NCBI GenBank assembly: GCA_028534125.1
Contig: CM052817.1
Span: 84,942,001 to 85,006,000 of the forward strand
Source: Lama glama
Taxonomy: Eukaryota
Reading direction: 5' to 3'
Length of the DNA: 64,000 bases
Shown: one piece after another, positions 1-13,419 of the stretch
How positions within the stretch are numbered: position 1 is the first letter of the stretch
Layout: each line of letters starts with the position of its first letter
Program-made: the position numbers and the translations under genes
Notes under the pieces: generated by a model
What the model was told of the DNA's origin: nothing
Database searches by the model: none
What the model saw: only the letters and a program-made list of their open reading frames with translations

Positions 1-1019
1 TCTTTAACTTGGTGGCTATATCCTTTTTTTAAATTTAGCTGGGTAAAAGGATTTCTGTTCTTGTAAGATGAGTCATTTATCAAATCCTAGTACAACTTTC
101 CTCAGAAATTTTTAAATGTAACCCTTAATGTATGATAATAATGCCTTTTTATTTAGTTCTTTTAATTGTTCAATGCTTTCTTCACCTTTATCATTCTATT
201 TTAAGCTAACAAGTTATGAATCCTGTAATAATTTGAGATTTTTTGCATCCAGCCTATCCACTCTCCTTTTCAAAGACTTCAGAAAACAGACAGTAGTTTC
301 AATCACTTCATGTCTAGTGGAAGAATGACAGAGTGATCTAATGGGTCTTTTTCCAACTCCAAAAACTTTATGTCTTCCAAAAGGAATACTGTGCTTGCCA
401 TTTGCTCTGCCGCATTTCCAGCATTTATCACTGTTGTTTAGAATCCTTGTCTTCCATCCTGCTGAGGGTGTGCATGTGTTACTTCTTGAAAAGTTGTCAT
501 GTTGATTACTCTTATTTTTGGATCTAGAGTGTGTTTGTTTCTATTTGTTTCACAGCCGACCAGCATATAGATGGCTATAGTTTTTCAATCAGACTTTATT
601 CATGGGGTTTGCTGCTCCTATATTAGTATTAATTATAGAAAAATCTCCTGTGCATATAAATACTTGCACTGTAGGTAAGACTACACCTGTGACCTATGCT
701 TTAAAACTCAGCTTTAAAAACAGCCCTCTTGGGGCATTATTTATAATGAATCAATACTTTTAGAGTTCCTGTGTTCAGGATGCATTTAGCAATAAATTAT
801 TGTGTTAGTTGATTCTTAGATTGTTTGTGAACATTTATTTGTTTCTAATAGGCACCTATAAATCTCAGAAAATACACTCTATTGGATAGCTAGTACATTG
901 ATTTGCAGATATTTGGGTCACAAAGTATAACTTCAATTTAGAAAAGAAGCAATCGATAGAATAATTCATTTTCTATATTCATCTCAGTTACTTGATGATA
1001 AGCCTGTTAGAAAATCCTC

Positions 1020-1520
1020 TGTAGTGGACAGTGTGATTATCTCACAAACATCTGTTTTATTCCTTTCCCAATATGAAGCCCATTCTCTAGCCCCCATGTG
1101 TAGCCGTTGCTTGATTTGGGCAAAATTACCTCAACCCTGATTGCTACTCCCTATCTCTTGACACAGTGATTAGTTCAGTAATAGTTGTGTGACCCTGTTC
1201 TAAGCCAAAGATTACAAGATGTTCTCTTGGCTAGAGAACGTCATTCAAGGATGGCCCGATTAAGCATGAATGTCAGCACTCGTATTCCTTAGGTATGGGA
1301 AGTGAATATATTTTCCCTGTCTAGGACCACCACCATCATGTAGCGTGCATAAAAAGGCCACATGACTAATAGTGTGCCTCCAAGTTATGCAGCATGCAAT
1401 GAGCATAATCATATCCCAAAGTCCTGATTAAGCCCTAGTTGCTACTGGTGACAGTCTTGTGACCATGAATGAAGCCAGTCCAAGGACAAAGCTGGCATGA
1501 GAGTAAAGCTTAAAGAATTA
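1020..1520 (+). mobile_element. Ancient MaLR LTR remnant (MLT1 J/K/L-like)
   Basis: cacagtgattagttcag...tgtgaccc...aagccaa and gaagccagtccaaggacaaagctggca resemble MLT1 consensus blocks; boundaries approximate. Confidence 0.65.
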
Positions 1521-1569
1521 GAAAATAAGGAAGTTGTGTGTGCAAACAAATGGTTTTGCAATAATGGCA

Positions 1570-1618
1570 TCATGATATTCATGGTATTAAAGTCATGATA
1601 TTCATGGTATTAAAGTCA
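1570..1618. repeat. Perfect 23-bp tandem duplication
   Basis: tcatgatattcatggtattaaag at 1570-1592 and 1593-1615, followed by tca. Confidence 0.97.
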
Positions 1619-3145
1619 ATACGTACTAAATCTTATTTTTATTTCACTTTATCGGAAGAAGAGATAAGTGGAAGAACTTGAAAGGAAGCTAAATTTCAGA
1701 CAAAATTTTCACCACAAGGATTATAGGTTATTAAAAAATAACATTAAACTAAGAAAAATTATGAAATAGTTTAGAATTTCAACATGCTTTCTTCTAATTA
1801 AATGCTCTAATTTTAGAGAGTGATACTATGAAGGAGGAGACAATAAGCCTTGTTCACTTTCTTCTCCTCTTTGTGTTTTTTAGTTGGAAAAGATTCATAA
1901 TGTTTATGTTCTTTTCTGCATCATAAATCCTGTTTTCTTGGTCTTAGTTCTACATGTGGATGGATTTTCTGCTCACCACCAGCCCCCTTTTCATGGCCTC
2001 TCCATCCCTCACCTCATTATTTGGGCCATCTTGTGTTTGGCTGAGTGTCATTGTTGACTACTGTTTTTATCAAGGAGGGCTCATGAGTATTGTTTTCTCT
2101 CTCTGCCGTGGTAGGGACTGTATCTCCCCCATTGTTATAATTTAATGAATGACACCTTAACTAGACATACTTTTCCTTGATAACACTTTCTTTCTCTTGG
2201 AATTTCATAAACACTACTACAATTTTTACTGACACCAAGGAATTTTGAGACTGACTTCATTTTCCTCTCTTTTGGGTGACTTATTTTTAAAATTGAATGG
2301 AGGAAGAATTCTTTTTTCTTGAATTTCTGTTATTTAACTATGATTTATTTCTATCTCAGTCACTCAAAATCAAAATTTCCAAATAAAGCATATTTATTTC
2401 AGTTGCAGATTTAAGTGTTTCTACACTTCAGTGTCAATTTCCTGTATTATACCTGTGAATGATTTTCTACTTTTTTTGTTTGTTAGGAATCTCTACTTAA
2501 GAGATACAAAGTACCTTGATGCTGTTTCTTCCTTACTTATCCTTCATATCCATCATCACTTTTCTACTTGTTTTAATCTCATTGCCTCTATCTCTGTGTT
2601 CACTTGATTAGCTCAAGCCTTTTATACAACATTAATTTTATTTGATTTTATCCAGGTCTACCCTGATTTCTGTTATTTAGAGTTTGCTTGTGTCAGAAAT
2701 TTTATGTTTTAGTTCTCCATTTTCTTAGCTTTACCATACATTCTTGCTTTGTATGTTGTTGTTATAACATCTCACCTTTGAGGAATCATATTTCCCATTT
2801 ACTTTAAAAATTAATTACATTTCTTTACTAAGGTTTTTTATAGTGAAAAACATCGGTAAGGAATCAGCCAGTGTTCCCTGCATTATGTGTTCTACTGAAA
2901 TTATTTTTTCTGTAGTAAATTTGTATAGTTTCCACACCATTTCTTTTATCTTGTTCATGATGAATTTAAGTAGCTCCATCTAGATCCTATTGCTCTCTTT
3001 GATACTTGATGTTCTTCTGATATAAATATATTTATTTTTTTTGAGTGTTTACTCTCTTCCTGACACCATGAGAGGGAAATAATTTCCTGCCATATTGGTT
3101 ATGGGCTTCACCATCTGACAATGATTTTACACTTTACATTTAGTG

Positions 3146-3467
3146 GCCAATTGAATGTGAGCAAAGACCTCATAAGCAGAGGCTTTAAATGTACTTGTGT
3201 GATGGCTTGTTCTCCTGAGCTTCCACCATTCTGCCATGAGAGGATCCTGCTTTGAGTAGCTGCTAATCTAGGAATAAAGAGTTATATGGGGAAAAATTAA
3301 ATCCAATCCCCATCCTTGAACCAAACAAAGACTCTCCCAACTAAACCCAGGAGTATCACAGCCTTTTCACAGATTAATGAGCAAGAAAAATAAACGTCTT
3401 TTGTCATCCCTGAGATTGTGGGGATGTTTGTTTCTCAGCACTATTGCCACAAAAATTCACTAAGACA
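3146..3467 (+). mobile_element. MaLR LTR (MLT1 H/I-like), 3' portion
   Basis: gcagaggctttaaatgtacttg, ccatgagagg, aataaa then ctgagattgtggggatgtttgtt...cagca, ending ctaagaca like the MLT1 3' end. Confidence 0.75.
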
Positions 3468-6400
3468 CCTTCTCACTTTTGGAAGCAGTTTGTTTATTCT
3501 TCTCAAGTTGATTGTTTTCAGTATACTTTTCTAAGGCTTTAGACTATGAAGATGGGGAAGGGGATAGCTTAGCTGAGGCTAAGACAGACCTAGGTAAGAG
3601 ACATGTTCTTCTCTCTTCTGATATCCCATTAGATGTCCTGTGCCAGGGAGATATTCAATTTCTATGGTTTCAGCAACTTTTCCATCTTAGCACAGTAGCA
3701 TGGGAAACATAAATTCTTGGTGGCCCTTTCCACTGACCTATGTCTTTGAGGTGGTCTTGCCTTGGTGTTTAGGGATTTAGAGTTTTCTCTGACCTTTTCC
3801 TGAGCTGTTTAATCACTGCCTTAATCTGCTTGCCTTCAAATTGGAATATCAATACAAATTCTTAGAACATTTCTGAGACACATCTTCTTTCCTTGCCACT
3901 AGCTGTGGGGAAAGAGGGTTAAAAAACCATACCATGTCATCTGCTTCTAAACTCACCTGGCTGTTTGGTTTTGACTTTTGTTTCTCCTTATGTTTATGAA
4001 ATTGTTTATTCATTTGTTTGTTTAATGCATGTTCATTTTATCAGGCAATGGAGATGAGAACTTCTTGGTCCTACTTAATTTTACGATCCTAACCTGGAAT
4101 TCATTTATGCATTATGCAGAAGTGCCCCATGGTGGACTTAAACAGTTCATAGACACAAGTTCAGAATGTATTTTTGGGTAGGAAGTACATTGCCTATTAA
4201 AAAAAAATCTAGCTGAGAAAAATTTTTTTCTAGAAATAACATAGTATATTATATATCATAATGTAACTTGGTTCAATTTGAAGTAATACACCTTTTAGTA
4301 CTATAAAAGAAAATGTAAAAAGATTAAATATTGACACTTGGACAGATGAAGATATGAAAAAAATACCATAGTTTTGATTTCATACTATATATATCATATA
4401 TTGACTAATAGGAAGTCAGCTTAAAAGTCAATAAAATAGATATTTCTTTAAAATTTGTCACCAGTGTATTACTCCAGGCCTAAAAATAGATATTTAAATT
4501 TGCTCATGCCAATTTATTTACGTGAGTCCACTAATTAATACTTCATTATGCCAGCTAACTTTTTATAATGTTATTTTTGCTTGATTTAGACCTGACCCAA
4601 TTTATTAAGAAGGTATGCTAGTGCATGACCTAAGAATTTTTAAATACTCCATTAGTAATGAACTTAAGTATTTTTTTTATTTAGTGCATCAGTAAATAGA
4701 GAAAATGGTTTAGCAGAAGCATCTTTCATCTAAAACTGGTAAAGGGTTCTGTATCAATATTTACTGGAATTAGCGTGTGGTGGATTATGTTATGCATTAT
4801 ACAATGATAATATTTATTTTAGAAATTGGTCTTCTGTGCAAAGATGAGCTTTAGTTGGGAGGAAGGAAGGGAGGATAAGTGATTATAATGCATATCAATT
4901 TTATTAGTTCTCTTGTATTTCTCCAAAAATGCATACCTTAAAAACAGATTCAAATTTATTTAACAAAATGCAAGCAATCAAACCAAACAGAAGTGATCTA
5001 AGTAGCAAGTTATCTTGCTTATTATGTGGAATGGAAGCCAATAAATATGCGCAGAGGAAAACCACCTCTTCTTATTGCTTGGTGTGGGGTCATTTAATAT
5101 TTAAATCAGCTTTAATTACTGGCAGGCTGAATTGTTCATTAATGGTTTGCCTGTAGCAACAAAAATAGCACATTTAACAATGTTGTGAAAATACTGCTGC
5201 ACAACATCATCTTCAGTCATGGATATTGCCTGCAAGTTCAACTGAGGTTGATTTACCCAAGATCATTTATTAAGTCAATGGCAGCAAAGGTTTCAAATTC
5301 TCAGCTTCTGAGTTTCTTTTTGTTGCTTCTGCTTTCTGAACTATGCTCTCTTATAAGTTATTAATTTACCATATATTTCTGTGATTTCTTAATTTGCAAT
5401 GGGGAAGGTGATGTATTTATGTTATAATTACTGAGTGGCTTGCTAGAATAGGTAGGAACCAAATATTGTAAGAAAATGCTCCATGTTAGCAGGATTTCTA
5501 GTGTGTATTTGATTCGTGTTTTGAATTGGGTTCTTATATATTCCTTTTAGATCAGAGAATACTATATTAATTATTCCAGAGCATTAGAAATCCTTCAAAT
5601 TATTTAGATATCTGATACAAAGAACTAGATGTAATGTGTTTTATTCCAAGATTTTCTAAACACAACATTTGATCCAAGTTCAAGGGATAATTCAGAAGTG
5701 AAAATAAACCTCTGTTTAAAAGCTGACCTGTATCTTCTGAACAGTCTTGAGGGGTGCTCACAGAGTGGAGCTGTCAAGGCACTGGCTTAACTGTGACATT
5801 TTGAAATGATTGTGGTTGTAGAACTTCCTGCAGGCAGTTGCTGCTTGCTTTGTTAAATTGCACACATTTTTCAGTCAAACATTTTCCTGGCTTCATCAAA
5901 GGTGTTGAGTAACTGTGTTAACCTTGGTGTGTTTTGGCAATAGGAGATCAAGTAAAAGTCAATAAATGTCTCCCACAGCCCTGATAAACTCCAAGGGCAC
6001 AAACAGAGGTGTTTATGAGCTGTAGGGGACAATTTGGTCAAGTATACGTTTCCCTTCAAATTGCTTATTGCCATTTTAGTGTTAGCAGAACATATTTTAA
6101 GTCACTTCTTTGACAGAACATATTGGTTGGCATTGCGTAGGCTTCTGTGTTTTTAGGAGACAGATGGCAATTACCCATTTCTGTGCACTGTTATCTTTTA
6201 GCTTTAAGTACCACATTTACTGGTGAGCTGGGCTTTGCTCTAATTTTTTTCTTCTCATTTTGAGCAGTCCTGCCTTATAACATCTTACAAAGAATTGTTA
6301 AGATGGGTACCTAGGAAATCATAACATTAAACAGTGTGAGCAGACGAAGACTTTTAAAATGGGTTCAAATTTGTGATGGAACTGCTTTCTTTGAATGTAT

Positions 6401-7028
6401 TGTTTCCATTTCTCATTTGCCTTAGGATTGTATTAGAAGTATACTCATGTATATTATAAACATAGGTACATACTAACTAGAAATGAACCCTCCATATTAT
6501 TCTTTTAACTTTTCAGAAATAAAAAGTTTCAAAAAATATAATAAAGATTTTACTTATGTTCATGTCACTCTTCTGAAAAGTATGCTCTCTTATACAGAAA
6601 TTATAAAGAATATAAACATGTTAAAATCTCTAAAATTTTGAAATTTGGGTATCAGTCAAAACATTACCTTTGGGAATGAAAGTTAAAAATCTATGACCCT
6701 TTGAAGTGAATATTAAAACTGGCATATTTTTAAATGAAGTAAAATGTGAAGGATTAAATAATTCATGATTCACCTCTTTCTCTCAAGTTCTTTTAGTGCA
6801 AAGAAAAAATTACTTTGTTTAAATTTTGGCATCATATTTTTGTACCTGGCTTATAGAGACTGAAATACAGTAAGTAATAATTTTATTTTCTTGAGAGAAT
6901 GAAAGGGAAGTCAGTTAATTGAAATATACTTAAAGTAAATAAAATTTTTATCTATTTAGTTATTCTGGAATATATTTAAATTCTCACGATTTCTGATAGG
7001 TATAGATTACAATACAATCTGACATTTT

Positions 7029-7198
7029 AAAAATTTTTATTTAATGTTTTAATTTTTATTTATTTAAAAATTTTTTTTTGGTGGGGGGAGGTAATTAGAT
7101 TTATTTCTTTACAATTTTTAGAGGAGGTACTGGGGATTGAACCTGAGACCTCATGCATGCTAAGCATGCACTCTACCACTTGAGCTGTACCTACCCCC
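7029..7198 (-). mobile_element. tRNA-Ala-derived camelid SINE (Vic-1 type)
   Basis: Reverse complement reads gggggtaggtacagctcaagtggtagagtgcatgcttagcatgcatgaggtctcaggttcaatccccagtacctc plus A-rich tail; candidate TSD tgacatttt at 7020-7028 and 7201-7209. Confidence 0.92.
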
Positions 7199-8071
7199 TT
7201 TGACATTTTTTTAATGTAGCATTTGTAATAATAAAAGCTTGCTATGTGATAGAACTACCACTCCTTTAGAAACTGGACTCCTTTGTGCAGTCCAGTTTCT
7301 AGACAAGATTATACATAGCTAGCCTGGATTGCAGATATTCTAGAATTCATAGCCTCAGTATAAGTTAGAACCTTGGCTCTAGTGACTTGCCAGGGGAGGT
7401 GAGAATTGATTTGTGGACTACTTTTCATACACCTCACCCAGTGTGGGTTGGAAGAGCAAGGTGGAAAAAGGTAGATCTCTTTTTGTTTGCTAGGAGAAGT
7501 TCTCAGCTTCTCCTCATTTGGCTAATTGTCTAAGGGATGCTGGTGTCAGGTGGTGGCTTCAGCTTGCTCATCAGTGAGGGTCTCGAAGAGTTCTTTATAC
7601 CTCCACAGTTCCTTGGAAGATTTACCTAAATTTTCTGGCTGACTTCCACCTGTTGGTATCATCATCACGCATTCTTCTGATATGTGAATCTCTATCTTTC
7701 ACAACTCTCAATATAATATGCCCTCTAGGGTCAATTCTCAGGCTAGTGGGCACCTGTGGAAACCAAGATTTTGAGTGAGAATAGCCTGGCCCATTCATTA
7801 CTTGACAGCCTTCCCTTGTACCACCATTCGTCATTTATTTTTTCCCCTGTTGAGTGGTAGAAGGAGATTGGCAGTAGACTAGATGTTTCCCAGATGGCTA
7901 ATAAAGAAAAAAAAAAGCCCGTATCTATTTCTTATGAGGCCAAGACACAGGAAGATTGGCAAGGACACTGGCATCCCCAAAGTTTATGGATTATAGCTCC
8001 TTTCTGTAGCTCTTTGATAGTCTCTTTTAATGAACACTACTCACCTCAAAGGGGACCTCTTTTTCCTAATC

Positions 8072-8376
8072 CTGCACTGTCTATTATGCTAACTAATGTA
8101 GATACTGAGTACTCGAAATCTGACTGGTCTTAATCGATATATACTGGAAGTGTAAAACATACATTCTATTCCAAAGACAGGATGAAAAAATAATAATATA
8201 CATTTTCTGGGTTTCAGAATATTTATCATATGTTGAAAATATTTTCAATATATTATTTAGGTAATATGTTATTAAAATTAATTTCACCTATTTCTTTTTA
8301 CACTTTATTACTGTGTCTGTGAGAAAATTTTAAATTACATATGTGGCATATATTATATTTCCATTGGATAATGTTG
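8072..8376 (+). mobile_element. MER33-like non-autonomous hAT-Charlie DNA transposon, near full length
   Basis: Degenerate TIRs ctgcactgtcta...ttggataatgttg; internal attaaaattaatttcacctatttctttttac and aaattacatatgtggc match the recalled MER33 consensus. Confidence 0.85.
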
Positions 8377-10709
8377 ACATAGGGGATAGGAAATGTCAGT
8401 TAAACCCTACAGGGAGCTGCTATAAATTCTGGTCATTTAAAATGTTGGACACTTAGCATCTTTTGTGTTTAGCTTTTGATCTTTACTCACAAATCAGAGA
8501 CCACAGGAATAAACCCACCAATGGTAATGTAGAAATTTATTCTTCTTTTTAAAATCTATTGAAAAGTTTCTATTTGTTTTTACTGTTCAGTTCTGAAAAT
8601 GTGGGTGAAAAATTGATAATCTGTGTATTGGGCCAACTGTTTATACCACCTAGGTTGTGGAATTACATGAGAGCAAGGAGATGTTTTGAATTTGCAATCT
8701 TAATGAACATTGAAGTGGACAGGAAAATATATACCATAATGAAGGTCAACTAATGTTAGGCTAGATATCAACATATTATTAGGAAGTTTTATGATAAATA
8801 TCAATAAAATAGTACAAGTTGTTTTAATCATATTTGTTAATACTACCATAATATTGCAATTATTTCTCTAAACTAATCTAAAAATATTCTATCCTGCAAT
8901 TAAGTCTGACTTCAGGTTTAGCGCTACTTACTGCAGTAAAATAACATTGTTTAAATCTTATATGAACGAGATGATAAGTTATATTACTAAATGGAACGCA
9001 CATGTTTCTTTTAAGTTAAAGTGAAAACATTGAAAATATTTGTAAATATCAATAACTATAGAATTGTATGAATTTATGTCTTTGGAAAGCCATACAGAAT
9101 TGCTATAAGAACAGCAGACTCTATCAAGGTAACCTCTGTTCCCTTATAGTCATTATGAAATATTTAAACACTTACTTAAAATGAAGTTGTCCTTTTCCTT
9201 CTGCCTAGATGTCATATCTTCTCGGTGAGAGAAATGTCTTAAAATATTCTCCTTCCCTATCTAATTGAGTGTATATGAGAGTTTGCCATAATTGGTATTC
9301 TGATTGCACTCAGATTCCTCATCATACCCATTTTTATTTCAATGCTGTCATTATCATAGTTTTACATTATCATACTTAAAGCACTTATGATATATGCAGA
9401 GAAAGTTGTAAAAGATCAGAGTTGTTATTGTGGGTCTCAAAAAATATGCATGAGGGTTTCTGAGAAGGACATTTAACCATAAAATAATAAAAATAGAAAT
9501 AACTTATGATAATAAATAATAATTCAAATAAGGAATGTAAAGGTAATCTTCCAAATCCAAAATGGGAAAGTTTGAAATTTTAACATTATTGACTTAATCT
9601 ATGTTACCTATCTGACACTAGAGGAAAGCTTTTATGTTTTTAAATTTCAACTGGATTTCAGATAAGAATCATGAAAGGTAAAAAAGTTCTTAGATATTGT
9701 CTTTTTTTTTTTTTTTGTCTTGAAGGATTTATACTATAATGGGAGATTATTTGAAGGAATAAAGCACATGATTGAAGCAGCTCTTTCACTCCTCAGCTGC
9801 TATTTTGAGCTGCTGGCTGCTGACCACAACACTGCTTAACATTAAGTCACTTTGATTTAAAAATAATATTTCTAGGGAAGCTAAAATCACTTTAAAATAT
9901 ATGTAATTTTAAAAGTAAGTACACATACTTTATTTACAATAATGCATATATATACATTTATACATACATACATGCATATAAACTTTCTTCCAAATAAAAA
10001 TTATTTTCATCAGTTCTGAAAAGTAATCCAAAATTGTTCATAAGCCAAAGTACCATAGGTAAGAGAAATTGAACATTTGTTTTAAAATGGATAGAAAGGA
10101 TAAAATATTGTGGTATAGAATCAGAGACTGAAATACAAAGAAAGAAAGTGAAACATGACCTTTTGATATCTGTAACAGGGACATAAAACATAATAAAGAC
10201 AAAAGCCTTATAGGAAATCTCTGAGCTTTTTAGACATCTGAGACTGAGATTTCCATGATTATTACACACCATCTTCAATGTCCTGTTACTTACCAAATAG
10301 AAATCCTGACTGTTATGTCCAAGTCAACCTAAATATCTTAATATAGTACTTCCTCATGAGGCTCATTAAATAGTGAAAAAATGATCTTTTGTGCTGTAAT
10401 TTAGCCTTCTCTCAGAAAAGAAAAAAACCTTTAAAATGGAGTACTCATTTGGGAGACATAGTGATTGATGGTTCTCAAGATAAATGATTTATTAGATTTT
10501 ATGTTTATTTCCATCCTTTGCTTCAACAATTTTGTATCTCAGGTTGATGATCCTTTAAAAGGGATTGACAAAGATGCAGGTTCCTGTTCATGTGTACCTA
10601 GATTGATGGAGAGGCAGTTATAGGTTGAATGCCACAATTGTCTTTGTAAGAAACAGATGTGATATTTGTCCTTCATAGTTAAAAATCAAACAGACATATT
10701 ACAGCACAA

Positions 10710-10812
10710 AGTAAGAATGCAGATTCTCTGGTAGTAGCAGCTCAGGGAACAGACCTCCAGAATCTGTATTTTAAAATTCTCCCCAGGTAAACTGATACAA
10801 GTTGAAACTAGT
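10710..10812 (+). mobile_element. MER5-like hAT-Charlie fragment
   Basis: gaatctgtattttaaaattctccccaggtaaactgat resembles MER5 ggaatctgcattttaacaagctccccaggtgattctgat. Confidence 0.55.
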
Positions 10813-11169
10813 CCTCAATCCACATTGGGGAATCACTCCAACAGGTACTTTACATGCTAGCCTTATTTTTAGAAGTGGCTTGTTAGAAATTTACATACCT
10901 AAGATTTTGCTTTCTGTTTTTGCAAGTATGGAGTATATTTTAATACACTGCAGTATCTTACTTGGCAACTTCAAAAGCTTATGTTAATATTCATAGCTTT
11001 AATCTTTATATATATAGTGATAATCTCTTCATGTTTGATAGAATATATTCTTTTGCTCTGGAGTGCTTTGAAAATCAGTTAATTTGGGCACTTGAAACTG
11101 TAAGCAAATACTAGCTTCCGTATTTAAAGGACATCATCAATTCTAACTTGTAAATGTTAGTAATCCTTT

Positions 11170-11560
11170 TCCTCTTCTCTGTCTCCACTATTACCTAAAT
11201 AATTCCAAAACTCTTCTAAGAAACCACCTCCCTGCCTCCAGTATTTCATTATTATAGTTGATTCACAGAATGTCTTCCTAGGGAGAGTTGAGGAAAGAGA
11301 CTGATCCCATTTGCTGAATAAAAGACTCAACCCTTATAACATGGCACTTATATACTTTAGTAATATGAATTTAATTTACCCATTAGCCCCATTCAACTTT
11401 CCCTACTCAACGTACTCAATTAAACATCCATGGTTTTATTCATACCGTTCTGTCTAGAGTGCTCTTTCTTCTAGTTTCTTTCTGCTTCAGATTTGTAACA
11501 ACAAACTGACATGCTGTTTCTTCTGTGAAATTGTCTTCTGATTTTACCAGAAATAGCTTT
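11170..11560 (+). mobile_element. L2 LINE remnant
   Basis: Pyrimidine-rich, with cctgcctccagt and ctgtctagagtgctctttc similar to the L2 3' region. Confidence 0.45.
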
Positions 11561-12584
11561 CTTCTCACTCAAACAGTATTTTGAAAATATATAGATTTTT
11601 AAGTAATCACATTATATTATGGTTATTGGTTTATATGTTATTAGGTGACCCAGAACTGAGCATCCTCTGCAGTAGAATGACTTCTGGGGTCTTAGGTAAA
11701 ATACAAACAAAAGACAAGAATTGTATAGACCTCATGATGTCTACTATGTCTTGTGATTATATAGCACCATGCTCTAAGTCTAGTTTGAAGAATTTGATTT
11801 CACAAGACTTTTTGTTGTCCCACTGTTGAAATAGAGGCTCCATTCTTCTCCCAGTTTCACACTTCCTCCTCATTGTAACTGATCCGGTTATCTGTAGGAT
11901 GAATGAATCTGTTAGGTGAATCTGTTACTGTTTGTGTGGCCCTAGGTGTCGTCATCTTCCTTGCCATTCCGTTAACTTTCATGCATATTGAAATATGATG
12001 ATGTGAAGACATTGAAGTACGTGTTTTGCATATAATTCAGGGGGAGTTATCTCTAGTTTTACACCTAGTTTTAGGGGACTAAACCCTATAAAAGATTAAA
12101 ATGAACGCTATAGTTGAGATATTCTAAAGCAGTATCAACAAAGGAAATGATCTAAAAAAAGGAAGCAAGCTATTATGCAGACACAAAGTCCTTTTTGGTA
12201 CAGGTTAGATGGGAAAGGTTTTCCTTCCAACTGAGTTTCCTGAAATTTTGTTTAAATTCTAGGACTGCATACAGTTTACAGCACATTAGAGAATTAGTAT
12301 TGGCTTTCCTATTTCTGAATACCTTGAGGAGGGAGACTATGGGCTATTTATTTCTGAATATTCCCAAAGGAAGAATTCCTAGTATACAGCAGTTAGACTT
12401 TTCATTAAAAAAAGTTTATTGCATGAATGTAATCAGAAAACAAAATCCCAATTTTGATATTATCTATTTATTACCAAATACTAGACTTATTACATAGTAT
12501 TATTTTATGCTCATGTTCCTCAAATTATGTCAGAAATCAGTGAAAGAGATCAGAAGGCTGCAGCCTTTGAAAAATGATTTAGGA

Positions 12585-12960
12585 ATTTTGCTTCCAATAG
12601 TAGTGAAATGGGTAATTTGGACCAACTATTCTAGTAAAAATAACAATTCTGAAAAAATTTGTAAGATATTGTAAAATCATTGAAATTGTGAGAAGATAAT
12701 GAAGAGCTCAATAAATAAAATTAGCAACTTGGCAAGTATGATTAAATATAAGAGGAGGGAAAGAAGACAATATTGGAACACAAAAAAGGAAAATATAGAC
12801 AAAAGAGCAGATTTGAAATGTTAGAATAAACTATATAAACTTATACTAATACATTTGAAAATTTAGGAAAAAGAAAAAATTTGTAGGAACATATAAATTA
12901 ACAAAATTTGAGAACCTAAATGGATTAATAACTAAGGAAGAATCATACATGACCATTAAA
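12585..12960 (+). mobile_element. Very old L1 fragments
   Basis: A-rich; aataaactatataaacttatactaatacatttgaaaatttag resembles the L1 ORF2 segment between EN and RT. Confidence 0.55.
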
Positions 12961-13224
12961 TACCAATCTTCCCACCCTTCCTTCTGACAAATGTATCAGC
13001 TTCTTTGTGTCCTGATACTCCTACTATGTGGAACTTGCACGTGATCGTAACATGGCAGAATCAGCCTCACAGTTCAAATCTAAGCTCAGATATCTTTAAA
13101 TAAATAAATGTCATCTGGCTATATTTTTCTAGTGATATACTGTCCCTGTTGTCATCTCTCTCTTCATTGAGTTGATGATTAATTTTCTTCACAATCTTTG
13201 ACATTATCCAAAGGTATGTTAATT

Positions 13225-13392
13225 TTAAAATTTGTTTCTTTACTTGTATATCATGTCTTCTCTACTACAAATAATGCCACAAAAGCAAGGACTTCATCAA
13301 TTTTTTCCACAACTTTATCACTGGGACTTTTATCCCCAGAACACACTCTGGCACATTTAAGCATGTAATACATGCTTATTTATTGAATGAAT
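13225..13392 (+). mobile_element. L2 3' end
   Basis: gcaaggact...agaacacactctggcaca...tttattgaatgaat terminus. Confidence 0.7.
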
Positions 13393-13419
13393 TTCAATTA
13401 AAGTAGGAAGTAAAATGAG

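Noticed and set aside
10542..10580. Possible exon VDDPLKGIDKDA after acceptor ttttgtatctcag
   Set aside because: The downstream donor (gttcct) is poor and I recognise no homology.
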